From contig NC_086108.1 in assembly GCF_963921235.1 (NCBI RefSeq), forward strand, positions 64,978,001-65,042,000: 64,000 nt of DNA, in the 5' to 3' direction. Below, in pieces: positions 38,970 through 51,519 of this stretch; positions within the stretch are counted from its first letter, which is position 1, and every line of letters starts with the position of its first letter. Under the pieces are notes generated by a model. The model saw nothing but the letters and a program-made list of their open reading frames with translations, was not told where the DNA came from and did not search any database. The translations under genes were made by a program, and so were the position numbers. Origin of the DNA: Mobula hypostoma. Lineage: Eukaryota.

Positions 38970-40006
38970 TTCAAAGATTCAAAGAACATTTATTATCAAA
39001 GAATGCATAAATTACACAACGAGAAGTGTTTGCTTACAAGCAGTTGCAAAGTAAGAAACCCAAAAGAACCCATTTAAAAAAGACAAACCCCCAATGTGCA
39101 CAGAGAAAAAGGGTGGAAACCCCACAAGCCATGCAAACAATAGAAGCAAGCAACAGCAACAGCATTCCAAACTGTGTTGAGTTCTCAGGACCAAGCCCTG
39201 GAGCAGCCTGGAATAGGCCTAAAGCCTTGGTATTCAGTTCGTCATTACATTAGTGGGGCAAATCACTGCAAAGTTCGCAGACATGAAGCACAACAGCCAG
39301 GAGCAATCTCACAGCCTTAGCATTGTGGAGAGAGGAGCCCCGGTCTATTTGGGCCAGTGTTTAAATTGTCTGAACAGTAGATTGGATCTCAGAATAGGAC
39401 ACAGGCTTCATCGCGGCGAAGAGCTTCAGGCCTAGATTTCACTGCCGAAGAAGCTGTTCTCGACCTCTCCATCCTACCTCATCCTAGCGATCCTACCTCA
39501 CCTGACTCTCAACACCCTGTCTTTCCAGTCTATCTGGGCTGGCATTTAAATTGTCCAAACAGCGGATTGTACCTCAGTTTAGGGCCCAGGCTCCATTGCA
39601 GCGAATCAGTCCAGGCCTAGAACGTGCCACCCAGTGATTCGCTTTGGACCTAGATATCACTGCCAAAGAAGCCATTCTCGACCTCTCCAAATTGGCTTGG
39701 TGCTCGGAGCAATCCAGCCTTACACCCGGGTTAGTTGGACGGACATCAGAGATCCTCTGCCTCACCTTCTCCTCTCCAATTCAGCATGGCTCCAACTCCA
39801 ATTGCATCGACTTTGCAATACACCAGCAGGGCACATCTCTCGAATTCTCTTTGCCTTCGCTCACCTCTTCATTGTTTGCAGTGATAGTTTACCACAATTT
39901 ACTTCAAAAAAAATTTTATTGGTGATGTTTTTAATCGAATTTTTCTGCTTTCGAACCTCCAGTAAGCTGTGGCACGCCTTTGGTAGCACCATCTTAAACC
40001 AGAAGT
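38970..40006 (-). mobile_element. Non-autonomous LINE-derived element (5' leader plus 3' UTR) with internal repeats
   Basis: Minus strand starts acttctggtttaagatggtgct (AAGATGG motif) and ends gataataaatgttctttgaatctttgaa. cctagat(t/a)tcactgcc...ttctcgacctctcca is repeated at ~39431 and ~39648; tttaaattgtc at ~39360 and ~39546. Confidence 0.55.
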
Positions 40007-40429
40007 ATGTCACATAATTTACTGTTTTGCCACAGCAGTACTGTGCAGGGTGTAAAAGTTATTATAAGTTACAAATAAATAGTGCAAAAGAGGAATATTG
40101 AGGTTCATGGACCTTTCAGAAATCTTTGGTGGAAGGGAAGGAGCTTCCTGGAAGAGAAAGGTTTGGGGTTAAAGAAACATCAATGTGAGACCCTTGTTCC
40201 TGGAACTGGATATTTTTCTGCTTCAGATGTAGGCAAGATTTAATAGTTCCTTGAATATAATGCACCATGTTATTGCGCCTTCCACAGTTTCCTCCTGTTT
40301 TGCATTATCTTTTCAATCAAACCAGCAATATTTATTGGGGGTATGGTTTCTTCCTAGCCTTCATGTAAAAATGACAAATATAGGTATTATGAATGAAGTA
40401 AAGTACAATACTTTAATTGATGTAGCACA

Positions 40430-40600
40430 AATACAAGAACATCTGAAGATGCTGGAAATCCAAGGAACATATGCAAAACGCTGGAAGAACTCAGCAGGTC
40501 AGGCAACATCTACGGAAAAGAGTCCAAAACGTCAACTGTTTATGCTTTTCCGTAGGTGCTGCCTGGGCCACTGAGTTCCTTCAGCATTTTGTGTGTTACT
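40430..40600. mobile_element. Penelope-like pseudo-LTR, inverted insertion
   Basis: caaaacgctggaagaactcagcaggtcaggcaacatctacggaaaag pairs with cttttccgtaggtgctgcctgggccactgagttccttcagcattttg. A truncated hammerhead 3' half (aaaacgtcaactg) lies at the junction. Flanks ttaattgatg/ttagttgatg resemble a TSD. Confidence 0.75.
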
Positions 40601-42225
40601 TAGTTGATGGATGTGTTTTATTATATATAAACAACCATCTCCTGTAAACAGTAATTCTGTGATAGGGAGCTTCTAAAGTATGCCCACTGCTGCTGTAAGA
40701 AGAACTATGCCTTATCGCTGGTGATCTGGGAGAGCGCCCATACCCAACAAGGCTGGCATTACAGATCTCTGAACACTTTTCTATTCTACTACAACACCTG
40801 AAGCACCGTCAATATTAAGGACATAGAAATTAATATCTCCAATTCAAAATAAGAAATTTGTGATTAAAATGCTGTTTCATTATTATAATAGGCATGTCAT
40901 TTTTGGAAACATTCCATTAGTTTATATTCTGGAAGGTTTTTGTCAGCTGGAGTTACCTACGCTCGGTATCCTTTCTTGTGGCTATATACAGTATGTCTAG
41001 GTCGAGAGCAGTTTTTCTTTGGAGATGACTTGCATATCAGATTCCTTTCCCTAGGAAGTCTGAATCACAACTCAAATTTTTGTCTTTATGATATCCTGAA
41101 AATTTAAATCTAAAACAAAAATTAGGATTGTGCCTCACTCAGCATGCAAACCTTGATTCAGATCTAACATTAGGAGTAAAAAAGTTTCATTCAGGAAGAA
41201 ATCTCTGCTTGTCTATTTTAAAAAAATGTTTTGAATTGGAAAATAAAATGCATTGTTGTCTCCTATACAGTATGTATTATCGCTGGGGTTCCATAAATGC
41301 CAGCTGCACATACTTTGAGCACACATAACGGTCACTTGGTTGACGTGATCAAATTATTGTCTTAAAATGATAAATTATTTCAACGGGTTAAAATCACATA
41401 GCTACTTCTTATGGTTGAAAATGCAGAACAAGGGGCCAAAATAAGATTGAATCAAGGCTGCACCAAGGATTTCTGATACTACAGTGCTGGAATGAGGTAG
41501 GAGATACAGAGTTAAAAACATAGCTCCATGCCAAGTGGAATGGTGAAGTCATAAATGATGTAGCTGAATTTCAGACTGGTTAAAGAAATGATAAATAGTG
41601 ATGCCTTGGAATTTTTATTACATCAGAACTACTATTTCAGTTTAATATTCAATGTGTTGTCAAAGACCAGATGTTGGATAAGCAACTGGACAATAGAGTT
41701 GTGCTGAGCTCAGTGGTGTGGCTGTGGATTCTGTTGTCTTTAGATGATACAAAGGGGCAACATGTAGGTAAGGAGAAAGAGGGAACCATGAACAGATATT
41801 AGGAGGCTCCAGAAACAGCAGTCCAAAGTGGAAAGAGCAGTCATTGCTGAAGATTCTATGACTATGATTAGACTGGGAAGAATAGAACTAAGTGAAGGAA
41901 GTGCAGCTGAGGTGGAGAGCAGAAGAGGAGCAAAGAGATGGGGAATGATGCATACACAACAAAGCAATTCACTTGTGATTTTTAATTGTGTCTATCTCGA
42001 TATTATGATAGGAGCGGAAGCCAAGTGGGCAGATTGAAACTTGAAGTCAGAAGGTTGAACTCTGATAGTGCAGTAAATTAAGGTTCAGTGGATTAAAGAG
42101 GTAAAGTTTGATGCTGTTACCACATTTCAGCAGTTTACAGATATGATAACCACATGGAGCTAAGAGCTTGAATGTATTAAGCCGACTAAATCCACAAGTT
42201 CAGTAAATATTTGTATTGTAATATA

Positions 42226-42738
42226 CACTCAGTAGCCAATTTATTAGATACACTTGTACACCTGCTTGTTAATGCAAATGCAGACATGGTCAAGTGGTTC
42301 AGTTGTTATTCAGACTAAACATCAGAATAGGGAAGGAATGTGCTTGAAGTGACTTTGACCATGGATGATTGTTGGAGTCAGAAGGGTTTTTTGAGTATCT
42401 CAGTAACTTCTGATCCCTGCAATCTTCTGGCACAACAGTCTCTAGAATTTACAGAGGATGCTGCGAGAAACAAGGAACATCCAGTGAGTGGCAGTTCTGT
42501 GGGCAAAAATTCCTTGTTAAAGAGATGTCAGAGGAGAATGGCCAGGCAGGCTCAAGCTGACAGTAACTCAAATAGCCATGTGTTACAACAGTGGTGAGCA
42601 GAAGAACATCTCTGAGCACACAATCACAGGACATTGAACATTGAAGTAGAAAGGCTACAGCAGCAGTAGACCACAAATATACATTCAATGGCCACTTTAT
42701 TAGGTACAGGAGATAGGTAATAAAGTGGCCACTAAATC
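42226..42738 (+). mobile_element. Tc1-like non-autonomous DNA transposon
   Basis: TA|cactcagtagccaatttatta ... taataaagtggccactaaatc|TA (TIRs and TA TSD). Internal Tc1 HTH remnant (IVGVRRVFLSIS...KTSSEWQFCGQK...RRMAR). An extra TIR copy at ~42682. Confidence 0.75.
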
Positions 42739-42804
42739 TAAATGGAATTTCTTTTGTGTAATAGGTAAGTATGAAGCAGTGATTTTAAAAAATATCTTTC
42801 TATA

Positions 42805-43349
42805 GATGTGTGGTGGGAAGCGTGGACTGGCTGCATTATAACCTGGTATGGGAACACCAATGCCTTTGAGTGGAAAATCTTACAAAAGGTAGTGGATTCG
42901 GCCCAGTACATCATGAGTAAAACCCTCCCAACCGTTGAGCACATCTACAAGAAACATTGCCATAGAAAAGCAATATCAATCATCGAAGATCCTCACCACT
43001 CAGGCCATGCTCTTTTCTCACTGCTGCCATCAGGTAGAAGGTACAAGTGGCTCAGGGCTCACTCCACCAGGTTCAAGAACAGTTACTACCCCTCAACCAT
43101 CAGGCTCTTGAACAAAAGGGGATAAATACACTCATTTAAGGACTCTGTTATGTTGTTATTTCATGCTCGCTATTTGTTGCTATTTATTTATATCTGCATT
43201 TGCAGTTGGTTTGTATTTAATAGTTCCTGATGTTTACAATTTACAGCTACTATTCTATAGATTTACTAAGTATGCCTGCAGAAAAAGGATCTCAGGGTTG
43301 TATGTGGTGACGTGTGTACTCTGATAATAACTTTTACTTTGAACTTTGA
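42805..43349 (+). mobile_element. Rex1/Babar-type LINE 3' fragment
   Basis: ORF 42808-43125 TGCIITWYGN...LQKVVDSAQYI...HALFSLLPSGRRYK...RFKNSYYPSTIRLLN; tail actttgaactttga. Confidence 0.8.
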
Positions 43350-43379
43350 AAATCCATGAAGAAAGATAAATCATCCTCA

Positions 43380-44033
43380 AATTTATCAAGACAAACCAGA
43401 GAAGAAGTTTAAGTGCAAGTTGGATCGAGATGTCAGAGTTTAGAGGCCAGAATCATGGAATTTAGGGACCACAAGTGTCTGCAGCTCAGAGTGGAAGCTA
43501 TGAGCATTGTGTGCCTCATCTGTGGCATCTTTGTTGTACTGTTGTGTTGTAGCCTGGATTTCTTGTATAACATTGGATGGTGCACAGTGCAAGTGAGTGT
43601 CTTGGACAGTCTTATTGTGATTGCAAGTCCCTGTGGGACATTGGTAATGCAGAATACTGCGTGTCTGGTTCACTGATTCATTGGCAAGGACCAGGCCCAC
43701 ACCACAAGGTAGCCTGTTGAGCTGATCAGGAGAGAAGCTGAGGCGGTGTGAGAGAGCCTCCTTGGTGCTGCCCTCTGGTGTCTCACAGTGGAAGAACAAG
43801 CTGGGCCAGGACAACTTACCATCACTTCTACAGTCATGCCACTCAGCGACTCAGGCTACTCAGCTATAATTTTTTTCTTTGTGACTACATGGTTTTCTGA
43901 AATCATAACCATATGCACTATGTGCAGCATGCTGTGTGATGTTGGTAATGTGTTTTGCACCTTAGCCCCGGAGGAACACTGTTTCATTTGACTATATTTA
44001 TGTATGGTTGAATGATAAATAAACATGAACTTT
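43380..44033 (+). mobile_element. Non-autonomous LINE-derived element
   Basis: 3' end gccccggaggaacactgtttcatttg...tatggttgaatgataaataaacatgaac, shared with ~2450 and ~59240. Confidence 0.5.
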
Positions 44034-44399
44034 TAAATAGAGTTGAAAAGGAAGTGGGTATTCTCTGATGCTACATCTAAGGGCCAATTGTGAGCACTGG
44101 CAGATTGCACACTGCATACCATTCTTGTTTAATGTATACTTATTGGGGTAGGAATATTGTATGATGTATCTTTCCCTGACTTTTTAAAGTAATGAAGCCA
44201 ATATAACATCCTTCTATCATCAGTGAAAATGGCATGTTCTCTAGATCCATCTTGGGAGTTGCATTAGCTTTATGGCTGCGCTGCTCTTTATATTCAAATT
44301 ATTAAAACACCGTGGCAGCATTGAGATATGTTAAATAAAAAGGTTAAAAAATTACTTCACCTGTGATCTCATTCTGAGAACAGTATAGCTAAAAGTCAT

Positions 44400-44852
44400 T
44401 CAAAGTTCAAAGTAAATTTATTAACAAAATACATGTATGTCACCATTTACAACCCTGAGATTTGTTTTCTTGTGGGCATACTTAATACATCCAAAACCAT
44501 AATAGAACAAATGAAAGACCACACCAACTGGGCATATAACCAGTGTGAAAAAGACAACAAAATCAGGCAAGCAATAAATATAAAGAATATGAGATGAAGA
44601 GCCCTTGAAAGTGAGTCCATAGGTTGTGGGAGTATTTCAGTAATGGGGCAAGTGAAATTGAGTGAAGTAATCTCCTTTGGTTCAGGAGCCTGATGGTTGA
44701 GGGCTAATAACTGTTCCTGAACCTGGTGCTGTGGGTGCTGTGAGTTCTGAGGCTCCTGTAACTTCTTCCTGATGGCAGCAGTGAGAAAAGAGCATGACTT
44801 GGGTGGTGGGGGTCCCTAGTTATGGATGCTGCTTTCCTGTGACACTGCTTTG
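44400..44852 (-). mobile_element. Rex1/Babar-type LINE 3' fragment
   Basis: caaagttcaaagtaaatttatta...; homologous to 37307, 48560 and the reverse of 42805. Confidence 0.75.
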
Positions 44853-44932
44853 TCAAACATTGATTTTACCTGAAATTTGTGCAATTGACCGCTGCATAGT
44901 GCAGGTGAATTGACCCAGCATTTCTACTCAGT

Positions 44933-45417
44933 GTCATAGAGTCCTAAAGCACTACAGCACAGAAGCAAGCTCTTCAGCCTATCCAGTCTCTGCTGAACTA
45001 TTAATCTGTCTTTTCACATCAACCTATACCCAGACCATAACCCTCCATACCCCTCCTATTCATGCACCTATCTAAATTTCTCTTAAATGTGGAAATCGAC
45101 CCCACATCCACCACTTCTGCGGGCAGCTCATTCTATGCTCTCACTATCTTTTGCATGAAGAAGTTCATGCTCATGTTCTTTTAAACATTTCACCTTTCAC
45201 CCTTAACCTATGACCTCTATGACCAACTGTCTCACCGAACCTCAATAGAAAAAGCCTGGTTACATTTACCTTAACTAACCACCTCATAATTTTATACACT
45301 TCCATCAAATCTCCTCTGCTTCTCCCAGGCTTTAGGGAATAAAATCCTAACCTGTTCAATCTTTTCTTCTAAATCAAGTCCTCAAGTCCTGGCAAGATCT
45401 TTGTAAATTTTCTCTGC
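44933..45417 (-). mobile_element. CR1 3' fragment
   Basis: ORF 45171-45359 RLGFYSL...RGDLMEVYKIMR; tail tcatagagtc. Confidence 0.8.
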
Positions 45418-48400
45418 ATAAGAGATTAGGTGACTAGAGTGAAGTCAGAAGCAGTGCAGCATAAATTTTGAGTGAAGCTGTTACATATGTCATTTTCATA
45501 GAAGTTGTTGGCCATTCACAGGAAATAGTGTTATCTGAATGAACTTCTATGCCACTACATTAAGAATAGCTAATCAACTTCATCTTTCTTATGTGAATGC
45601 CTTCCAGATTTTTCCACTTCCCTCTTGCTCCTACAATCTCATAAGGACCAGCCCTTTCAGTGTCCTTTTTAAAGAGCGGCTATGATGGATAACCACAAGA
45701 GCATTGGTCTGGAAGGGCAACTGGTGGATACATTGTCAGAGTAAGGAGCTGGTTTGTAGTTGCTGACGTCAGGCATGGACTTGAATATCACCTGAAATCT
45801 ACTGGAGGAATAGTGCTGACCATTCTCAGATGAGAACATTTTCATGCTCGAATAAGGTAGTGGAACTGCCCTGGAATCAGCCGTGCAACTGTCTTGACCC
45901 AGATCTTGTATCTGTCTTTAAAACCAGCAGTTCTATTCCAATACAAACAATAAACTACTACAAGGCAGCTGCATATTCCTATTTGTCAGTCCTTTGTTGT
46001 TGCAGAACAGCAACCTCCTCCCAGACAACTAAGAGGAGGCACATCATCCTGGGTGGTCTCTGGATGACTATCCTGTAAGTTGAAACATGCAGTATCGCTC
46101 ATGCCCTCAGGGACACGCACCAATTCCAGGCTGGAAAGTCCTTCTTCACATCTCCTACGTTCTTTCATGCAGGCAGATTAATGCAACAAGTATTTCTACA
46201 TGCATCTGTACTAACTTTCCCACGTATGCTCCTTTATCCTCTTTCAAATTGACTTTTTCCCCGATATGTGACCTGACACTCTTCGCTGCCTCTCAAGTAC
46301 AACTGCAACCTGCACTGTTAGATATTTCCTCCAAGTGAAACATGTGCCACCGATCTAAGCAACCTACACTGTCAGGTATTTCCTCCTCGTGATACACAGG
46401 CCACTGATCTAGCTTATCCAATTCTTACACTGCTGCTTAGAGATGTTCTTCCTCTATGGCTTGGTCCTCCTGGATAGGATTGGTGTGGGATAAAGCAGAT
46501 TGGGAGTTTAGCTTAGGAATGGTAATAACATAAAGCGGAGCATAGCATGAGTGGGCATTTGTTGCAGTGAGACAGAGTGGTCAGCTCACTTAGAGACTCA
46601 TTCAGATAATTAATTATGTATGTAAATTACACAGATACCTGTACATCTAGGTTACTTATCAGGCCTTCACCTGAATAAAGGGCTATGCCTGAATTGTGCT
46701 AATGCCAAATGATAAAGGGGTCCTCTTCTCTAGCCTGGAAATCCCTTGTGAGTAGAAGGATTTACTTTCATTCTGCTGCTGCAAACATTTGTTGTGGATA
46801 CCATTAGTTTGGAACATGAAAGCAGAGCTTATTTTCAAAGTGCAATGATGTTGCCTTAGTTTTGTTTGTGTGTGTGCGCGTGTGTGCGTTCAAGAAATTT
46901 GTTGGGACTGTTGGCAGCGGTTGCCATTATTTATCTGGGAGGGGAAATCTGGAATGGGTGGGCAGGGTCATGCAAGGGTTGACAGTGATTTAGACTGAAA
47001 TCAGTGTAAACTGAGAGTATTTAACTTGACTTTTCCTGAAGGCCCAATGGGATTTCTTGTGCCATTGTCCCAGTTTAGGAGAGGGAAGTGGAGGAAGGAC
47101 TGAATCTGCTGTCACCCTCTGTCAATACCTTTGTGTATATGTCCATGGTCCTTCTGGCAAATCCTTGGAGCAGGGGGCATGTTCTTTGCTCTCTGCCACA
47201 GCCGTGAAGTCCCCCAAAAGAGAATGCTGTTTCCCTGCTGTGCTCCGTCAGTTACCCCCACTAACACAGCAGTACTATGGCTCAGCAGAGAGCTCTCCAT
47301 GAGGCCTAGAACCCTGGCATCAATTAGCACGGGAATGTGCCAACAGTTGTGTTAAATTGTGGTGGTAATGATTGGGATCTGCAATGCAACACACAACTCA
47401 AATATGCCTGCAGATTTATAGGAGGAGCATGATTCAACTTGTGAATAGGAGTGGGTTAATATGCTGCCCAGGATTAGTACTCCTATTTAACAGCAATCCA
47501 ATTTCTAGACAGCTACGTCTCATGCTATTAAATGCTTAGGTATTGGATTAGTATGCAGAAGTTTTAAAATTGCTAGATTCCCAAAATAATTTTATTTCAT
47601 AAATGGTGGTTCGTACAAAAATATGTGACCTATCCGGCTCTATAATGCACCATACAGCCATTATAGACAAATGGATGCGGCATTGATATAATTTATTTTT
47701 TTCATATCTAATAGCACTTTTAAAATGATTTATGCCTCACTTGGTCAAGAAACAAGATGGGAAATATTACTGCAGTATAAATAATTTACAGCAGTACATT
47801 TAAATTCAGTTTAGAATTGCAATGTGAAGACATTATTTCCTTGATGCTACACATTTCCCATTTCCACATGTGCTGCTGGCTATTATAATTTCCCTTTAGG
47901 GAGAGAGTAGCAGCAATTTGAAACCTGCTCAGCTTTTACAGCAACCAACAGTCCAAACGAATGTTGGGGTAAAGTCTTTCTGCATTGCCATTGAAACCAG
48001 ATTCATTGTATAATATCAAATAAGCACGAATAATTGCAATATTCCAATGTGTCTCAAAAATTGACACAAGCTGCTTAAGTTCCAAGGACTTTATTCCTCC
48101 CAATGGCTTTAATGTTTGGAACTGTGTAAACTAGTTACTCATAGTGCTGAGCTCATTTTGCTGGCCCCTGCCTCTCTAAGTGGAGAAGAAAATGGTGTAG
48201 AAACATAGGTGCTCAACAAAGCGGTCTGTGACATTTGGTCATTGGTCATTTGAGCACCTTCATTTTGACTACAAAAGGCAGGATCTCTCAGTGGCAATCC
48301 ATTGCAGTTCAATTTCCCATTCCCATTCCAGTATGTCTGTCCATGGCCTCCTCTACTGCCAAGATGAGACCAAACTCAGGTTGAAGGAGAAACAACTCGT

Positions 48401-48559
48401 ATTCCATCTGGGTAACCTCCAACCTACCATGAACATTAGCTTATACATTGATTTCTACAATTTCCAGTAATCTCCCCCCCCCCACCTCTAATTCTCACTT
48501 TTTCTATTCCCCATTCTGGTTACTCTTTCACACCTTTTTTTCCTCACCTGCTCATCACT

Positions 48560-49753
48560 AAAGTTCAAAGTAAATTTATTATCAAAATACATATTTGTCA
48601 CCATATACAACCCTAAGATTCATTTTCTTGTGGGCACACTCAGAAAATCTAATGAATAATAGCCATAACAGAATCAATGAAAGAACACCCAACTTGGGTG
48701 TTCATTCTAATTGCAGAAAATAACAAACTATGTAAATACAAAAAGAAAAAAAATTATAGTAAAGAAATTAGGAATAAATATCAAGAAGATGAGATGAAGA
48801 GTCCTTGAAAGTGAGTCCTTTGGTTGTAGGAACATTTCAGTGATGGAGCAATTGCAGTTGAGTGAACTTATCCCCTCTGGTTCAAGAGCCCGATGGCTGA
48901 GGGTAGTAGCAGTTCCTGAACCTGGAGATGTGAGTTCAGAGGTTCCTGTACCATTTTCCTGCAAAGAGAGCATCCCTGCGGGGTGCAGATCCCTGATGAT
49001 GGATGCTGTTTTCCTGTGGCAGCATTTCACGTAGATGTGTTCAATATGTGGGAAGGTATTAGCCAAGATGGACTAGGCTGTATCTCCTACATTTTGCAGG
49101 ATTTTCCATACAAGCGCATTGGTGCTTCCATGCCAAGCTGTGGTACAGCCAATATACTCTCCACCACACATCTATAGAAGCTTGTCAAAGTTTCAGATGT
49201 CATGTTGAATATCCACAAACTCCAAAGGAAGTAAAGGCACTGCCGTGCTTTCTTTGTAATTGTAGTTATGTGCTGGGCCCACGACAGGTCCTCCAAAATA
49301 ATAATGCCAAGGAATTTAAAGTTGCTGATCCTCTCCACCTCTCATCATCCATTAATAACTGGCTCATGGACCTCTGCTTTCCTTCTCCTAAAGTCAATAA
49401 TCAGCTCTTTGGTCTTGCTGAAATTGAATAAGAGGTTCTTTTCATGAAACCACTCAGCCAGATTTTCAGTCTCCTTCCTATGTGCTGATTCATCAACACC
49501 TTTGATTCAGCTACAGCAGTGGTGTCATCAGCAAACTTGAATATGGCATTGGAGCTGTGCTTAGTCACACAGTCATCAGTGTAAAGTGAGTAGAGCAGGG
49601 GGCTAAGCACACAGCACTATGGTGCACCTGTGCTGATGGAGTTCATGAAGGAGATGTTGTTGCCAATCCAAACTGACTGGGGTCTGCAAGTGAGGAAATC
49701 AAGGAACCAATTGCACAAATAGGTATTGAGACCAAGGTTTTGGAGCTTACTGA
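48560..49753 (-). mobile_element. Rex1/Babar-type LINE, 5'-truncated, RT pseudogene
   Basis: [43 protein letters not shown]...FKFADDTT; FKFLGIII...KKARQCLYFL. Confidence 0.85.
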
Positions 49754-50498
49754 TTGGTATTGAGGGGATGATGGTTCCCCTCAGCTTCCCCTCCTCCTTC
49801 CCTTTCTTCCATAGTCTACTGTCCACTCTTATTAACTTTCTGCTTCAGCTGTTTAACTCTTTCACCTTTCACCTCCCAGCTTCTTACTTCATCCCACCTT
49901 CATCCCCTGACCTGGTCCCACCTGTCACATGCTAGCTGGTACTCTTTCCCCTCTGCCCTCCTTCTTTTACTGGCTTCTGTCCCCTCGGACACTACCTCAT
50001 TTCTTTTTAATATACAGTATTTCTGTTTTTTGCACTATTCTTAATCTATTCAATATATGTATACTCTAATTGATTTACATATTTATTATTAAGATTTGGA
50101 GCAAGAAGGCTGCGGGTGAACGGCTGATTTTTCGGAGCAAAGGGAGATTTTTACTACCGGGGTAAAAGAGAGGCGAGACTGCGCAGGCGTGTGACGTCAG
50201 CCAGTAGCGCGTGAAAGGTTTAAAAAGGCAAGGAACCTTCAATGGTTTTTGATTCAGAGCAAGAAGGCTGTGAGTAGTGAACGGCTGATTTTTCGGAGTG
50301 AAGGCAGATTTTTACTACTCAGGGTAAAAGAGAGGCGAGACTGCGCAGGTGCGTGACATCAGCCAGTAGCACGTGAAAGGTTTAAAAAGAAGACCGCAGT
50401 ATCCATCGGGCAGCAGAGTGGTATGGCTTTGGCTCAATGGGCTTAGGTGGTGATGGGACGAGGCGAGGTAACTGTGTTAATTGTGGAAAGGAGGTACT

Positions 50499-51419
50499 AT
50501 GAGTATGAAGCCAGTTTTCTGTGCTCGGTGTCAGATCTGGGGGTCTTAGAGTCTCCCAGCCTCCCGGACCGCCATATCTGCACTCAGTCCCTCAGGAGCT
50601 GGAGTTAGGGAACTGGAGATGCAGCTCGATGACCTTCGTCTAGTCAGGGAGAGTGAGGAGGAGATATATGGAGTTATATGCAGGAGGTCACACCAGGGCC
50701 ACGGGAGACAGACAGGTGGGTCACAGTCAGGAGGGGGAAGGGGAAGAGTCAGGTACTAGACAGTACCCCTGTGCCTGTACCCCTTGACAATAAGTACTCC
50801 TGTTTGAGTACTGTTGGGGGGGGACAACCTACCTGGGGGAAGCGGCAGTGGCCGTGCCTCTGGCACAGAGTCTGGCCCTGTAGTTCAGAAGGGTAGGGAA
50901 GGAAAGAGGAAGGCAGTAGTGTTAAGGGAATGTATAGTTAGGTGGTCAGACAGGCGATTCTGTGCACGTAAGAAAGAAACTCAGGTGGTAGTTAGCCTCC
51001 CAGATGCCAGGGTCCAGGATGTTTCGGATCGCGTCCAAGATATCCTGCGGTGGGAGAGAGAACAGCCAGACGTTGTGGTACGTATTAGTACCAATGACAT
51101 AGGGAGGAAAAGGGAAGAGGTCCTGAAAAAAAACTGCAGAGAGTTTGGAAGGAAGTTGAGAAGCAAGACCACAAAGGTAGTAATCTCGGGATTATTGCCT
51201 GTGCCACGCAACAGTGAGTAGAGGAATAGGATGAGGTGGAGGATAAATGTGTGGCTGAGGGATTGGAGCAGGGGGCAGGGATTCATATCTCTGGATCATT
51301 GGGACCTCTTTTGGGGCAGGTGTGACCAGCACAAAAAGGATGGGTTGCACTTGAATTCCAGGGGGACCAATATCCTGGTGGGGAGGTTTGCTACGGCTAA
51401 TGGGGAGAGTTTAAACTAG
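50499..51419 (+). pseudogene. CR1 ORF1 (zinc finger/leucine zipper plus SGNH/GDSL esterase), frameshifted
   Basis: MSMKPVFCARCQ...; ELEMQLDDLRLVRE; WVTVRRG; VPLDNKYSCL; AVVLRECIVR (GDS-like), VVVRISTNDIG, VVISGLLPVP, DGLHLN..GT. Confidence 0.85.
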
Positions 51420-51519
51420 AATTGTTGGGGGTGGGAACCGAACTGAAGAGACTGGGGAAGAGGAGGTTGGCTCACAAATAGAGACAGATTGTATACAGTG
51501 CAAGAGGGAGGATAGGCAG

